NCBI GenBank assembly: GCA_016706225.1
Contig: JADJKB010000022.1
Span: 192,689-256,688, forward strand
Direction of reading: 5' to 3'
Origin: Myxococcales bacterium
GTDB lineage: Bacteria > Myxococcota_A > Polyangia > Polyangiales > Polyangiaceae
Length of the DNA stretch: 64,000 nucleotides
Shown here in pieces: positions 27,671 to 36,991 of the stretch. The notes under the pieces were generated by a model. The model saw nothing but the letters and a program-made list of their open reading frames with translations, searched no databases and was not told the DNA's origin. The translations under genes and the position numbers were made by a program. Positions within the stretch are counted from its first letter, which is position 1, and each line of letters opens with the position of its first letter.

Positions 27671-29152
27671 TCAGCGCTTTCCGAGCACGACGTCGGCATC
27701 GACGATGATCGGACGGGCCGCGAGAAACTCGGCGAGCTGCTCGCAGATGTAGTCCAAAGCGTGAGCTTCGTGCTCGGTATACGGGCCACCACCCAGGGGG
27801 TTCGCCAGCTCGATGGCACCCAGGTAACGCCCCGCAAGCTGCACGGGACCCAGGATGGCCGACTCCGGGACCGTGCCGATCAGGTTCCATCGCCCGCCGC
27901 GGTAGGTGTCGTCACTGGCGGCGTTGGCATTCGCGCGGCTGCGGGTGCCGCGCATGACACGCTTGAGGAGCGGGTCTTGGTCCGGAGTGCGGTGCAGCAC
28001 GACCGCGTCGGGGGACGGTGCGAGCGCGCGCACCACGACGAACTGGCGTGTGTTGATGTCGAACACGTGGATCAACACGATCTCGCTCGGCAGCGTTCGG
28101 GTCAGGATCCCGAGCACGAAATCGACCCCACTCATCATGTCCGGGATGAAGTGCAGATCGTGCATGAGCTCGAACAGCTCACCGATCAGCTCTTCCGCTG
28201 CGCGGCGTCGGATGGGCAGGGTCGGACCGGTTGGGTCTGGATGGGCCGGCGCCTGGATCTGCACTGCGGCGGGGGGCGATACGGACGGGGTCGTGGGCGG
28301 AACCGCGGACGCGGGAGCAATCGCAACCGGCGGTGGCGCAGGCGCGGACGGTGCCGCCGACGCGGGCGCGGACGGTGCCGCCGACGCAGAAGATGTTGCT
28401 GAGGGAAGCGCCGCAGATGTAGATGCGGTCGCGGCGGGTGGGGCTGCCAGCGCCGCCGCGGGCGGGGCCGCCGAGTCTGCGGATGCGGGCCAAGGCGCCG
28501 CCGAGACCGGCGGCGTGGACGGCGCCGGTGCAAGCGGTGGCGCAGGGGGTGGCGCGGAGGTCGGTGACGAAGGCGCAGGCGGAAACGGTTGCGACACCAC
28601 GCGCACCGAGTGTGTCTCTGCCGCGGGCGGCGCTGCCTCGCCCATCGGTTGAGTCAGCGGAGCCGCCGGCACCGTGGTGGACGCTGGCGCAGGCGCGGGT
28701 TGGGTCGTCGCGAGGGTGCTCGGCGGCGCGACCACCATGCTCACTTGGTGCGCGGGCGCGGGCGCGACTACCGGAGGCATCACGCTCACCGCTGGCGGTG
28801 CGTTGGACGCGGTCGGCAAGCTTGGTCCTCCGCCGAACTGCAACACCGGCTCCCCGCGCCAGTCCTTCCACATCATGGTGGCGACCGGAGCGCGCAGCGG
28901 CTTCTTCTCGAACACGTGGTCGAAAACCGCGAGCTGGATGTACTTCTTGTGAGTGCGACCCTCGAGTGAGGCCGAGATCTCTCGGAAGCGCAGCCACAAG
29001 AGCACCTCGATGCTCGCGCGCTCGGTCTCCGGTGCGATGGCGTACGCAAACTCGCGGTAGACGATCGGGACCTTTTCCGTCGGCTCTTCTTCGCGCTTCC
29101 TCAGCAACTGGTAGCTGGGCTCCCGCGCGGCCTCCATGCTGCGCTGGGTCAT
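27671..29152 (-). CDS. GAF-domain protein with a long Pro/Ala-rich linker
   Basis: The C-terminal 170 aa (...LGILTRTLPSEIVLIHVFD...GPVQLAGRYLGAIELANP...) has a GAF-like pattern. The central 200 aa or so is a P/A/S low-complexity region. Confidence 0.6.
   Translation of the reverse strand: MTQRSMEAAREPSYQLLRKREEEPTEKVPIVYREFAYAIAPETERASIEVLLWLRFREISASLEGRTHKKYIQLAVFDHVFEKKPLRAPVATMMWKDWRGEPVLQFGGGPSLPTASNAPPAVSVMPPVVAPAPAHQVSMVVAPPSTLATTQPAPAPASTTVPAAPLTQPMGEAAPPAAETHSVRVVSQPFPPAPSSPTSAPPPAPPLAPAPSTPPVSAAPWPASADSAAPPAAALAAPPAATASTSAALPSATSSASAAPSAPASAAPSAPAPPPVAIAPASAVPPTTPSVSPPAAVQIQAPAHPDPTGPTLPIRRRAAEELIGELFELMHDLHFIPDMMSGVDFVLGILTRTLPSEIVLIHVFDINTRQFVVVRALAPSPDAVVLHRTPDQDPLLKRVMRGTRSRANANAASDDTYRGGRWNLIGTVPESAILGPVQLAGRYLGAIELANPLGGGPYTEHEAHALDYICEQLAEFLAARPIIVDADVVLGKR
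28341..28388 (-). repeat. exact tandem duplication of a 24-nt unit (23/24 identical) inside the P/A-rich linker
   Basis: ggcgcggacggtgccgccgacgcg is followed by ggcgcggacggtgccgccgacgca, encoding ASAAPSAP twice. Confidence 0.9.
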
Positions 29153-29793
29153 CTGCCCGCAGCCGGCGCCTGCGCGCTTGGTCGGGCCGGCGTGCTCGAT
29201 GCGGTCGCCGCCGTCGGCGTCGTCATGGGTTGCGTAATGGAGGACGGAGACCCTGCACCAACCGGCGGGACCTTGTCCTCGGGTTTCGCGCCGGCGCCAG
29301 ACGCGGGGCGAGGCGGTGGGTGGGGCAGCGGATCGGTACGGGGCGGATGGGATTCCGGCGGGAGCGCCGCCATCGGATCCGTCTTGGGTCCGCTCGCGAG
29401 TGGGTCACTGTGCGGCGGAGGGGCCGCCATCGGGTCCGTCGAGGGCACGGGCTCCGGGGCGTTCAGGATGACGGGGGACACGCTCTGCACACTCGGCACC
29501 TTGGCGGGCGACGGGAACGACCCCGGCGGAGGCGCGCTCTCCGAAGCAGCCGGGGCCTGCGACAAGGGCGCGTCTGCGGGCGCCTTGTTCACGACGTACC
29601 GGATCTTCTGGTTCGGATCGACGGCACGGTAGCCCTGCTCCAGGAGCTCGATGGAAAACTTCGACAGCGGGCCCGTGTCGCCACGCCGCTTGCGGGCCTC
29701 TTGCAGGGCGGCTTGCCACTGCTTGGCCTCGAGGCAGTATTTGTCGATGGGCGTGTCTTCGCCGAGGCGAGACACCTCGATGAACCAGCGCAT
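29149..29793 (-). CDS. hypothetical protein with a Pro-rich C-terminus
   Basis: The ATG at 29793 gives MRWFIEVSRLGEDTPIDKY... The stop overlaps the GAF gene start (ATGA). The upstream part of the listed ORF to 30063 overlaps the divergent gene. Confidence 0.5.
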   Translation of the reverse strand: MRWFIEVSRLGEDTPIDKYCLEAKQWQAALQEARKRRGDTGPLSKFSIELLEQGYRAVDPNQKIRYVVNKAPADAPLSQAPAASESAPPPGSFPSPAKVPSVQSVSPVILNAPEPVPSTDPMAAPPPHSDPLASGPKTDPMAALPPESHPPRTDPLPHPPPRPASGAGAKPEDKVPPVGAGSPSSITQPMTTPTAATASSTPARPSAQAPAAGR

Positions 29794-29951
29794 CTTAGTC
29801 TGCGAGGCGGGGGTTGGTCGAAAGGCGTTCCAAAGCGAGAATCGCTCGGTGCAAGGACAGACAGTAGAGCGCCTCCGCCTCGTCTGGGCAAGCTTCGAAT
29901 TGAGGCGAAGAACCGCCTTGTCCAGCCGTTTCCCTCCCGCCACAGCCTCAA

Positions 29952-32126
29952 ATGGTAGAAGCGCCCCCGGTGGAACCGGGTCGAGACAGCGGGACCGCCG
30001 GTCCGTCGCGCCGGCTCGCTCGCGGCTGGGAGCACACTCTGTATGTGCTTTACGCCGGCGCAATGACGCTGTGGGTGGGGTGCCTCTTCTTCGCCTCGAT
30101 GCGTCAGCAGATCTTCTACACGTCCGATGCGCCCCTGGCCTCCGCGAGTGATTGGAGCGCCCCGCTCGACGACGTCTTCATCCATTTCGACTTCGCCCGC
30201 GCCAGTGCCCGCGGACATCCGTTCCAGTGGTCCGAGGGCAACGGATACTCGAGTGGGGGAACGAGCCTTTTGTACCCGCTGGTGTTGTCGGTCGGGTACC
30301 TGATGGGATTTCGCAGCCTGTCGTTGATGGTGTGGGCGGGCATCATCGCGTGTGTCTCGACCTTCGCGCTCTTGCTCGCGGCGCGCCGCCTCTTCCGGGG
30401 GCTTCCCGCGTACACCAGCTACCTGGCACCACCAGCGCTGCTCGGAATTGGCGTGGTCAGCTGGAGTTTGTTCAGCGGCATGGAGGTCGCGTTCTTCTTG
30501 GCGGTGTGGGCTGGTGCACTGATCGCGTGGGACGACTTGGTGCACGGTGTCCCGAACACAATTGCGCTGGCCAGACCTTGGGCGTCGGCGGGAATTCTCG
30601 GCGGTTGGGGAGCGGTCTTGGTTGCGACACGCCCTGAGGCCGGCGTCGTGGTCGCAGTGTTGGCAATCGGCGCGGCCCTCGCTCGATACCGCACGCTCGG
30701 CGCTCGGCGTGCGCTTGGCGTTCTGGTCGCGGTGGCGCTGCCGGGCCTCGCGGTGGTCGTAGCGCAGAGCATCGCGAATCGAGTGCTGACCGGTGACAGC
30801 ACGGCAGCCGGAGCCTTGGTCAAGCTCGAGCTTCACCACCCGCACATGACCGCGACCGAGGTGTGGAATGCCTGGAAGTTCCACAGCGAATACCAGGTCC
30901 GGCGCGTCGCCGAGTACCACCTGAGCGCAACCTGGGGCGTCGGGTACGTACCGTTCGCGCTGGCGGCTTTTGCGTTGATCCCGCGCGAAACCCGGCGCTA
31001 CGCCGCGCTGCTCTGGTTCTCGGCCATCACCTGGGTGCTGGTCGTTGCGTTGAATGGGCAGGTGCGCTGGCAGAACGAGCGCTACACGATGCCGGCCCTG
31101 TGCTGGGTGCTGTTGGCCGCGAGCCTGGGAGTGGGCGCAGCAGTCAGCAAGAGCTTCGCGCTCGGGACTCGGGGCAGAGTGCTGAGAGTGGCGACCAGCC
31201 TCGTCGCGCTGGTCAGCGTCGGCTTGTTCGCGTGGCGACAGGAACCCAAGTTTCGCGATCAACTCTGGTTCTTCGGGCGCGCGTCGCGCAACATCCGTGA
31301 TCAACACGTTCGTGCCGGGCGTTTGCTCCGCGGCATGTTACCGGTTCCTCCAGAGCGTGTGCTCGTGGGTGATGCCGGTGCGATCCCCTACGCCTCGGAC
31401 TTGCCAGCGCTCGACATCATCGGGCTCGGCGGCTTCAAGGGCCTGCCGTTCGCCAGAGCGACTCGCCAGGGCGTCGGGGCCGCGGTCGAGCTGATCGAAC
31501 GCATGCCGCCCGCGCAGCGTCCCGATCTGTTGGCGATCTATCCGTCGTGGTGGGGGGTGTTACCCCTCTGGTTCGGTCAAGAGATCGCGGAGGTTCCGGT
31601 GGCGGGAAACGTGATCTGTGGCGGCGCCGCCAAGGTGCTGTATCGCCCCGACTGGGCGTCCCTCGAAGGCAGCGACAAACCGTTCTCGGCGCCGTCCTCC
31701 GCCACCATCGTCGATGAGCTCGACTTCGCGGATCTGGTGAGCGAGCAGCGCCACGGCTACCGGACGAGCGTCGGTGTGCCGTACATCGAGCTCAAGCTGC
31801 TCGCCCACCCGAAGGAGCTGCACCGTGATCTCTTCGACGCGGGGCGAGTGCTCCCCGAGGGGGCCTCGGCAGAGTTCACTCTGGCAGCCCCGAAGCGCGA
31901 GCGACCCGCGCAGCTGATCCTGCGGCTTGCCCCGGCAAAGAGCGCAATACTCGCGCTGTCCGTCGGTGAACGGCGCATCGGTGAGCTAGAGCTCGAGCAC
32001 GTCGATGGCTGGGTCGAGCTCAGCCTCGATTTGCCCCAAGATCTGACGGCTCTGGCGCCTTTCCGCCTCGAAGCCGTGAAGGGCGAGCACACACTGCACC
32101 ACCTCTGGTTGGTGCAGGCTCGATGA
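29952..32126 (+). CDS. large polytopic membrane protein, GT-C-fold glycosyltransferase-like
   Basis: At least 10 hydrophobic helices, then a soluble C-terminal domain of about 250 aa. The first-loop acidic pair (PLDDVFIHFDF) and GGTSLLYPLVLSVGYLMGF...LLLAARRLF resemble the ArnT/PMT_2 layout. Confidence 0.55.
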   Translation: MVEAPPVEPGRDSGTAGPSRRLARGWEHTLYVLYAGAMTLWVGCLFFASMRQQIFYTSDAPLASASDWSAPLDDVFIHFDFARASARGHPFQWSEGNGYSSGGTSLLYPLVLSVGYLMGFRSLSLMVWAGIIACVSTFALLLAARRLFRGLPAYTSYLAPPALLGIGVVSWSLFSGMEVAFFLAVWAGALIAWDDLVHGVPNTIALARPWASAGILGGWGAVLVATRPEAGVVVAVLAIGAALARYRTLGARRALGVLVAVALPGLAVVVAQSIANRVLTGDSTAAGALVKLELHHPHMTATEVWNAWKFHSEYQVRRVAEYHLSATWGVGYVPFALAAFALIPRETRRYAALLWFSAITWVLVVALNGQVRWQNERYTMPALCWVLLAASLGVGAAVSKSFALGTRGRVLRVATSLVALVSVGLFAWRQEPKFRDQLWFFGRASRNIRDQHVRAGRLLRGMLPVPPERVLVGDAGAIPYASDLPALDIIGLGGFKGLPFARATRQGVGAAVELIERMPPAQRPDLLAIYPSWWGVLPLWFGQEIAEVPVAGNVICGGAAKVLYRPDWASLEGSDKPFSAPSSATIVDELDFADLVSEQRHGYRTSVGVPYIELKLLAHPKELHRDLFDAGRVLPEGASAEFTLAAPKRERPAQLILRLAPAKSAILALSVGERRIGELELEHVDGWVELSLDLPQDLTALAPFRLEAVKGEHTLHHLWLVQAR

Positions 32127-32133
32127 GCCCACC

Positions 32134-34125
32134 ATGACGCTCGGGCTGCCGCGAGAGGCTGTCACGTGGGCAATACTGGTGCTCGGCCTCGGGGCACTCG
32201 CGGCCGCCGCCCTCCGCTCCGAGCCCATCGCCCGCTTCACTCGCTCGCGCCCGCGCCTCACGCTCCTGCTCTTGTCGATCGCGGCAGCGCTGCTGTCCGT
32301 CGGCTACCTGCATCACTACCTGCGTGGTGGCCCCCGGATCGTCGACGCCACCAGTTACTATCTCGAGGCGCGCGCGCTGGCCCAAGGCTACTTCGCGTTC
32401 CCGATTCCCGATCCGTCGGGCTCGTTCCGCGGGCGTTTTCTCCTGACTCCCCCTGAGGCCAGCACACTCGTCGTGCTGTTCCCGCCGGGATATCCGGCGC
32501 TGCTCGCGCTGGGGTTTCTACTGGGGAGTCCGCTCGCCGTCGGGCCCGTGCTCGCGGCCGTGCTCACCTTCATCACCTTCGCGCTTGCGCGGGAGCTCTT
32601 CCACCGCGACGACGTTGCGCTGCTCGCCGCGACCCTCTCGGTGCTTTGCGCCGCCCTCCGCTACCACACCGCCGACACCATGAGCCACGCCTGGGCCGCG
32701 ATCTTGCTCGCGGTCAGTCTGCTCGGTGCGCTGCGCGGAGGGCGCGCGACCCTCTGGGCAGGGCTCGCGCTCGGATGGCTCGTCGCCACCCGCCCGGTCA
32801 CCGGGCTGGTTTGCGCAGTCTTCGTCGCGCTGCTGTGCGCCCGGCGCCGGCGCTCCGATCTGGTGCTGGTCGCCCTCGGTGCGGTGCCCGGGCTCGTTCT
32901 CTTCGGGCTGCATCAGCACGCTGCCACAGGCTCGTTCTGGGGCTCGTCGCAGCTGCGTTATTACGCCCTCGCGGACGGCCCCCCCGGCTGTTTTCGCTAC
33001 GGTTTCGGGGCGGGCGTCGGCTGCATGTTCGAGCACGGCAGCTTCGTCCGCGAACACCTACCGAGCGGTTTCGGGTTTGCTGCCGCACTCGGTACCACCG
33101 GTCGCCGTCTCTGGCACCACCTCGGCGATCTGCTCAACGCATGGCCGCTGTTTGCGCTCGTCTTGTATGCGGCGATTGCCGGGCGACGCCAGCACGCGGT
33201 GCGCCTGATCACTCTGGTCACGCTGGCGTTGATCGCCGCCTACGCTCCCTTCTACTTCGACGGCAACTATCCCGGAGGCGGCGCGCGTTTCTACGCCGAG
33301 GCCTTACCGCTCGAGCACGGGCTGGTCGCCTGGGGTCTCCTTCAGCTGCGCGTCGCGCGTTTTGCGCCAGGTGCACTCGCCGTCGCCTTTGCGGTGCACG
33401 GCAGCCGCGCCCACGAGGCGCTCCGAGATCGCGAGGGCGGCCGCCCGATGTACGAGCCGCAGGTGCTCGCGGCCCAGGGCGTTCGACATGGCCTCGTGTT
33501 CGTCAGCACCGACCACGGCTTCAACCTCGCACATTTGCCGGGCGCGCACGACGCCAGCCGCAACCTGATCGTGGCCCGCTTTCACGACGACGCCCACGAC
33601 TTCCAGTTGTGGCAGGCGCTCGGCCGCCCCCCCGCGTACCGCTACGTCTTTGATTCGACCGCGCTCGCCAGCACTCCTCGACTCCAACCCCTGGTTCCTC
33701 ATCTCGACACCGAGTTCGCCGCGAGCGCCGAGTGGCCCCCTCTCGCCGTCCGGTCCGGCTGGTCGCACCCGGACTACCCGGGGGCCGCCTGCGCCGCGGG
33801 CCGACCGGGGCTCCGCCTCCGCCAGGCTCAGATCGAGGTCGAGCTCCTGGCCGAGATCGATGGACCCGGGCGGGTGATAGCCCGCTGGACAGCCGTGAAT
33901 GATCAAAACACGAACCTGACGGTGTCGGCGGGCGGCACGAGCTGGAGCAGCCGATGGACGGGCCAGGCAGGCCAATGTTTCGAGACTCCGGGACCCGCAA
34001 TCCCGCTGTCTAAGGGGCCATTCCGCGTCGGGCTCAGCAGCTCGACGGAGGGTCTGGTCCTGCTCGGACTGGCCATCCGGCCCGCGCGTCCTGCCGAACC
34101 GGCAGGAAAAGGCGTTGACAATTGA
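32134..34125 (+). CDS. GT-C-fold glycosyltransferase (ArnT/PMT_2, GT39/83-like) membrane protein
   Basis: DATSYYLEARALAQGYF, PPGYPALLALGFLLG and ITFALARELFHRDDVALLAATL give the family-typical N-terminal pattern. Confidence 0.65.
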   Translation: MTLGLPREAVTWAILVLGLGALAAAALRSEPIARFTRSRPRLTLLLLSIAAALLSVGYLHHYLRGGPRIVDATSYYLEARALAQGYFAFPIPDPSGSFRGRFLLTPPEASTLVVLFPPGYPALLALGFLLGSPLAVGPVLAAVLTFITFALARELFHRDDVALLAATLSVLCAALRYHTADTMSHAWAAILLAVSLLGALRGGRATLWAGLALGWLVATRPVTGLVCAVFVALLCARRRRSDLVLVALGAVPGLVLFGLHQHAATGSFWGSSQLRYYALADGPPGCFRYGFGAGVGCMFEHGSFVREHLPSGFGFAAALGTTGRRLWHHLGDLLNAWPLFALVLYAAIAGRRQHAVRLITLVTLALIAAYAPFYFDGNYPGGGARFYAEALPLEHGLVAWGLLQLRVARFAPGALAVAFAVHGSRAHEALRDREGGRPMYEPQVLAAQGVRHGLVFVSTDHGFNLAHLPGAHDASRNLIVARFHDDAHDFQLWQALGRPPAYRYVFDSTALASTPRLQPLVPHLDTEFAASAEWPPLAVRSGWSHPDYPGAACAAGRPGLRLRQAQIEVELLAEIDGPGRVIARWTAVNDQNTNLTVSAGGTSWSSRWTGQAGQCFETPGPAIPLSKGPFRVGLSSSTEGLVLLGLAIRPARPAEPAGKGVDN

Positions 34126-34170
34126 GGCGTTAGGGAAAACCATCGGGGTTCTGGAGGAGGCTCGAGGGGC

Positions 34171-34497
34171 ATGACCAAGAGCGAGCTCATCGAAGCTATC
34201 GCAGCCCGCGGGGAGCTCACGAAGGCCCGCGCCGAGATGGTCGTCAATTGCGTCTTCGACGCGATGACGGAAGCCCTGCAGAAGGGCGAAGGCATTGAAA
34301 TCCGTGGCTTCGGCAGCTTCACGGTGCGGCCGTACAAGCCTTACGACGGACGCAACCCACGCACCGGCCAGCCCGTGCCGGTTCCGGCGAAGCGCCTGCC
34401 CTTCTTCAAGGTCGGCAAAGAGCTGAAAGAGCTGGTGAACGCCAGCCGTCACACGGCGATCAGCGGCGGCGACGACAGCGACGACGACGACGACTGA
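34171..34497 (+). CDS. ihfB: integration host factor beta-like (HU/IHF family) DNA-binding protein with acidic tail
   Basis: MTKSELIEAIA..., IEIRGFGSFTVRPYKPYDGRNPRTGQPV and FFKVGKELKELV are present. GGAGGAGG RBS. The C-terminus is DDSDDDDD. Confidence 0.8.
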   Translation: MTKSELIEAIAARGELTKARAEMVVNCVFDAMTEALQKGEGIEIRGFGSFTVRPYKPYDGRNPRTGQPVPVPAKRLPFFKVGKELKELVNASRHTAISGGDDSDDDDD

Positions 34498-34575
34498 CCG
34501 TTACGGCAGGTCCACTCGCGACAGTCCCGTGGCGCCAGACGCTTGTCGGGGTAGCTTTCCGGACGCGGACGCGGC

Positions 34576-34602
34576 AAGGAGAGGCGACAAAACACTCTCC
34601 TT
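34576..34602 (+). terminator. hairpin between ihfB-like gene and tyrS (terminator or leader structure)
   Basis: An 8-bp stem, aaggagag (34576-34583) paired with ctctcctt (34595-34602), has an 11-nt loop and is followed by ccttgggtttgtcgt. Confidence 0.3.
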
Positions 34603-34617
34603 CCTTGGGTTTGTCGT

Positions 34618-35838
34618 ATGCCGAGCGCCGAAGAACAATTCACCGAGCTGACCCGTGGTGCGGTCGACGTAGTGCAACGGGACGAGCTGCTCGATCGCCT
34701 GCGCGAAGGACGCCCGCTCGAGATCAAGGCGGGCTTCGATCCGACGCGACCCGACCTGCACCTCGGCCACACGGTGCTGCTGCAGAAGATGCGTCAGTTC
34801 CAGGACTTCGGGCACAACGTCACCTTCTTGATCGGGGACTTCACCGCGATGGTCGGCGACCCCACGGGCCAGAACGACATGCGTCCGCGGCAGACCCGAG
34901 AGCAGGTGTTGTCAGCCGCGAAAACCTATCAAGAACAGGCCTTTAAGGTGCTGGACCCGGAGCGAACGCGGGTCCGTTACAACAGCGAATGGCTCGGGGC
35001 GTTGACCCTCGACAAGATGGTCGAGCTCGCCGCCAAGCGCACTGTTGCACGCACCCTCGAGCGACGAGATTTCCGCGAACGCCTCGAACAACACCGCGAC
35101 ATCTACCTGCACGAGCTCTTGTACCCACTCTTTCAGGGGTACGACTCCGTGGTGATGGAGAGCGACGTCGAGCTCGGCGGCACCGACCAGCTCTTCAACC
35201 TGTTGGTAGGCCGAGATCTGATGCAGCGCTTCGGGCAAAAGCCGCAAATCGTGATCACGACGCCGATCCTGGAGGGCATCGACGCGCACATGGTCGACGG
35301 GCAGGTCGTCGGCAAGAAGATGAGCAAGTCCGCGGACAACTACGTCGGCCTGACGGAACCGCCGGTCGACATGTTTCGCAAGTGCATGCAGATCGACGAC
35401 CAGGTCATCTGGCGTTTCTTCGAGCTGCTCTCACCCCGCTCCACCTCCGAGATCGCGGAGCTGCGCGCCAAGGGGGACCCCATCGGCAGCAAGGCCGAAT
35501 TCGCTCGTGAGGTCGTGACTCGCTTCCACCACGCGGACGCGGCGGCGGCGGCCGAGGCCACGTTCCGAGCAACGTACCTGGGGGACGGCGTTCCGGCAGA
35601 CGTGCCCGAAGCGGACGTCGCGCCCGATGGCGACAAGCTGCTCCTGGCCAAGGCGCTGGCCACGGTCAAACTCGTCGCGTCGAACGGCGAGGGGCGGCGC
35701 ATGATTCAGGGCGGCGGGGTGGAGGTCGACGGCACGGTGGTCAAGGACGGGCTGTTCGAGCTCCGTCCGGGCCAGACCTATTTGGTCCGGGTCGGCTCGA
35801 AAAACCGACGTTTCTGCCGGATCCGGGTCGGTTCGTGA
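34618..35838 (+). CDS. tyrS: tyrosine--tRNA ligase
   Basis: HIGH motif (DLHLGHTV), KMSKS motif (KKMSKS), GDFTAMVGDPTG, and a C-terminal S4-like domain. Confidence 0.95.
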   Translation: MPSAEEQFTELTRGAVDVVQRDELLDRLREGRPLEIKAGFDPTRPDLHLGHTVLLQKMRQFQDFGHNVTFLIGDFTAMVGDPTGQNDMRPRQTREQVLSAAKTYQEQAFKVLDPERTRVRYNSEWLGALTLDKMVELAAKRTVARTLERRDFRERLEQHRDIYLHELLYPLFQGYDSVVMESDVELGGTDQLFNLLVGRDLMQRFGQKPQIVITTPILEGIDAHMVDGQVVGKKMSKSADNYVGLTEPPVDMFRKCMQIDDQVIWRFFELLSPRSTSEIAELRAKGDPIGSKAEFAREVVTRFHHADAAAAAEATFRATYLGDGVPADVPEADVAPDGDKLLLAKALATVKLVASNGEGRRMIQGGGVEVDGTVVKDGLFELRPGQTYLVRVGSKNRRFCRIRVGS

Positions 35839-36863
35839 GACGCGCGCGAGCGGCGAGCCTGATCCTCGGGCTGTCGCTCGCAGCCGCGTGCGCGCCCGCG
35901 TCGCCACCGGCGGCCAAGGCTCCCGAGAGCCAACCGACACCACCGCTTCACGACGGCCCGCTCTCCGACTACGTGCCGTCCGCAGGCCTGCGCTGGATGG
36001 TCCTGGGGCGACCGAAGGAGATCGGGTCGGACGCTTCCCTGGCCAAGGCCATCGAGCTGCTGCTGCCGAAAGAGCGCCTCGAAGCTCACTCAAAAGACAG
36101 CGGCGTCGATCTGAGACAGCTCTCCGACGGTCTCATCGCTGGCTTCGATCACGCCACTTTGTATGTCGCCGACGCTCGAAATTCGTCGACGACGGCGGAG
36201 GAGAGGTTTTCGGAGCGCCTGCTCGCAGGCACCCGCATCCACCGACCCCACCCACGCATCCATCGGCTGAGCGGTGTGGTCGGACAAACACCCGAGACTC
36301 TGGTGCGCATCGACGAACGACTGGTCGCGGTCTCCGTCGGCTCCGCCTTGCCCGCTCGAATCGTCGAGCTGTACGCCCGGAAGAAGCTCACGAAGTCACC
36401 CTCGGCTCTGCGGGGCTCGGCGCTCTCGTCGCTGCCAGTGGCCGAGCTCGAGCGCGCACCCATGAGGTTCTACGCACCTGGACCCTTCACCGGCGAATGG
36501 ACCCAAGGGGCACGTGGGTTGCTCGCCGCAGCGACCGCCGTGGGCATCGCAGTGAAGCCAGCGGCGGATGGGCACCTGTCCGCCGTGATCGTGATCGCTG
36601 GGAGCTTCGGCGAAGCGGAGTCCGATCCCGCGGCGCAGGCCGCCCTCGCGTGGACCGATCTGACGGGAAGTGGACTTGGAAAACTGCTCGGCTTCGACCA
36701 GGCCGAGCCCCCGCAGATCGTCGCAACGCCGGACGCCCTGCGCGTCAGCTTCGAGGTCGCCGCCTTGCCCATGGCCCAGGGACTGCGCGCCGCGGTGATG
36801 TCGGAGGTTTGGGAAATTCTCGACTTGAAACCGCCGCCCCGAAACGAGCCGGACCTGCCGTGA
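35835..36863 (+). CDS. lipoprotein, unknown function
   Basis: GTGA overlap with the tyrS stop. Signal and lipobox LILGLSLAAAC. Confidence 0.6.
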   Translation: MRRARAASLILGLSLAAACAPASPPAAKAPESQPTPPLHDGPLSDYVPSAGLRWMVLGRPKEIGSDASLAKAIELLLPKERLEAHSKDSGVDLRQLSDGLIAGFDHATLYVADARNSSTTAEERFSERLLAGTRIHRPHPRIHRLSGVVGQTPETLVRIDERLVAVSVGSALPARIVELYARKKLTKSPSALRGSALSSLPVAELERAPMRFYAPGPFTGEWTQGARGLLAAATAVGIAVKPAADGHLSAVIVIAGSFGEAESDPAAQAALAWTDLTGSGLGKLLGFDQAEPPQIVATPDALRVSFEVAALPMAQGLRAAVMSEVWEILDLKPPPRNEPDLP

Positions 36864-36991
36864 TTTCGTCAAAACGCGCCGCTCGAACCGCGGGCCGGGC
36901 TCCCATCGGGATTGACCCGGACACGCCGATCGTAGTAAGCGCCACCGACTTGTCGTTCCGGGGGACCCCGACGAGGCAATCAGGAGACGAT

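Noticed and set aside
34498-34617. T-box leader upstream of tyrS
   Set aside because: The spacer is far too short for a T-box (120 nt versus about 200 nt or more). No T-box consensus is visible, and the lineage is not one where T-boxes are expected.
35888-36991. Upstream 368 codons of the listed 539-aa ORF ending at 37507
   Set aside because: The sequence is Arg-rich and overlaps the lipoprotein gene 35835-36863. Only the last 171 codons, after an AGGAG RBS, form the CdnL protein.
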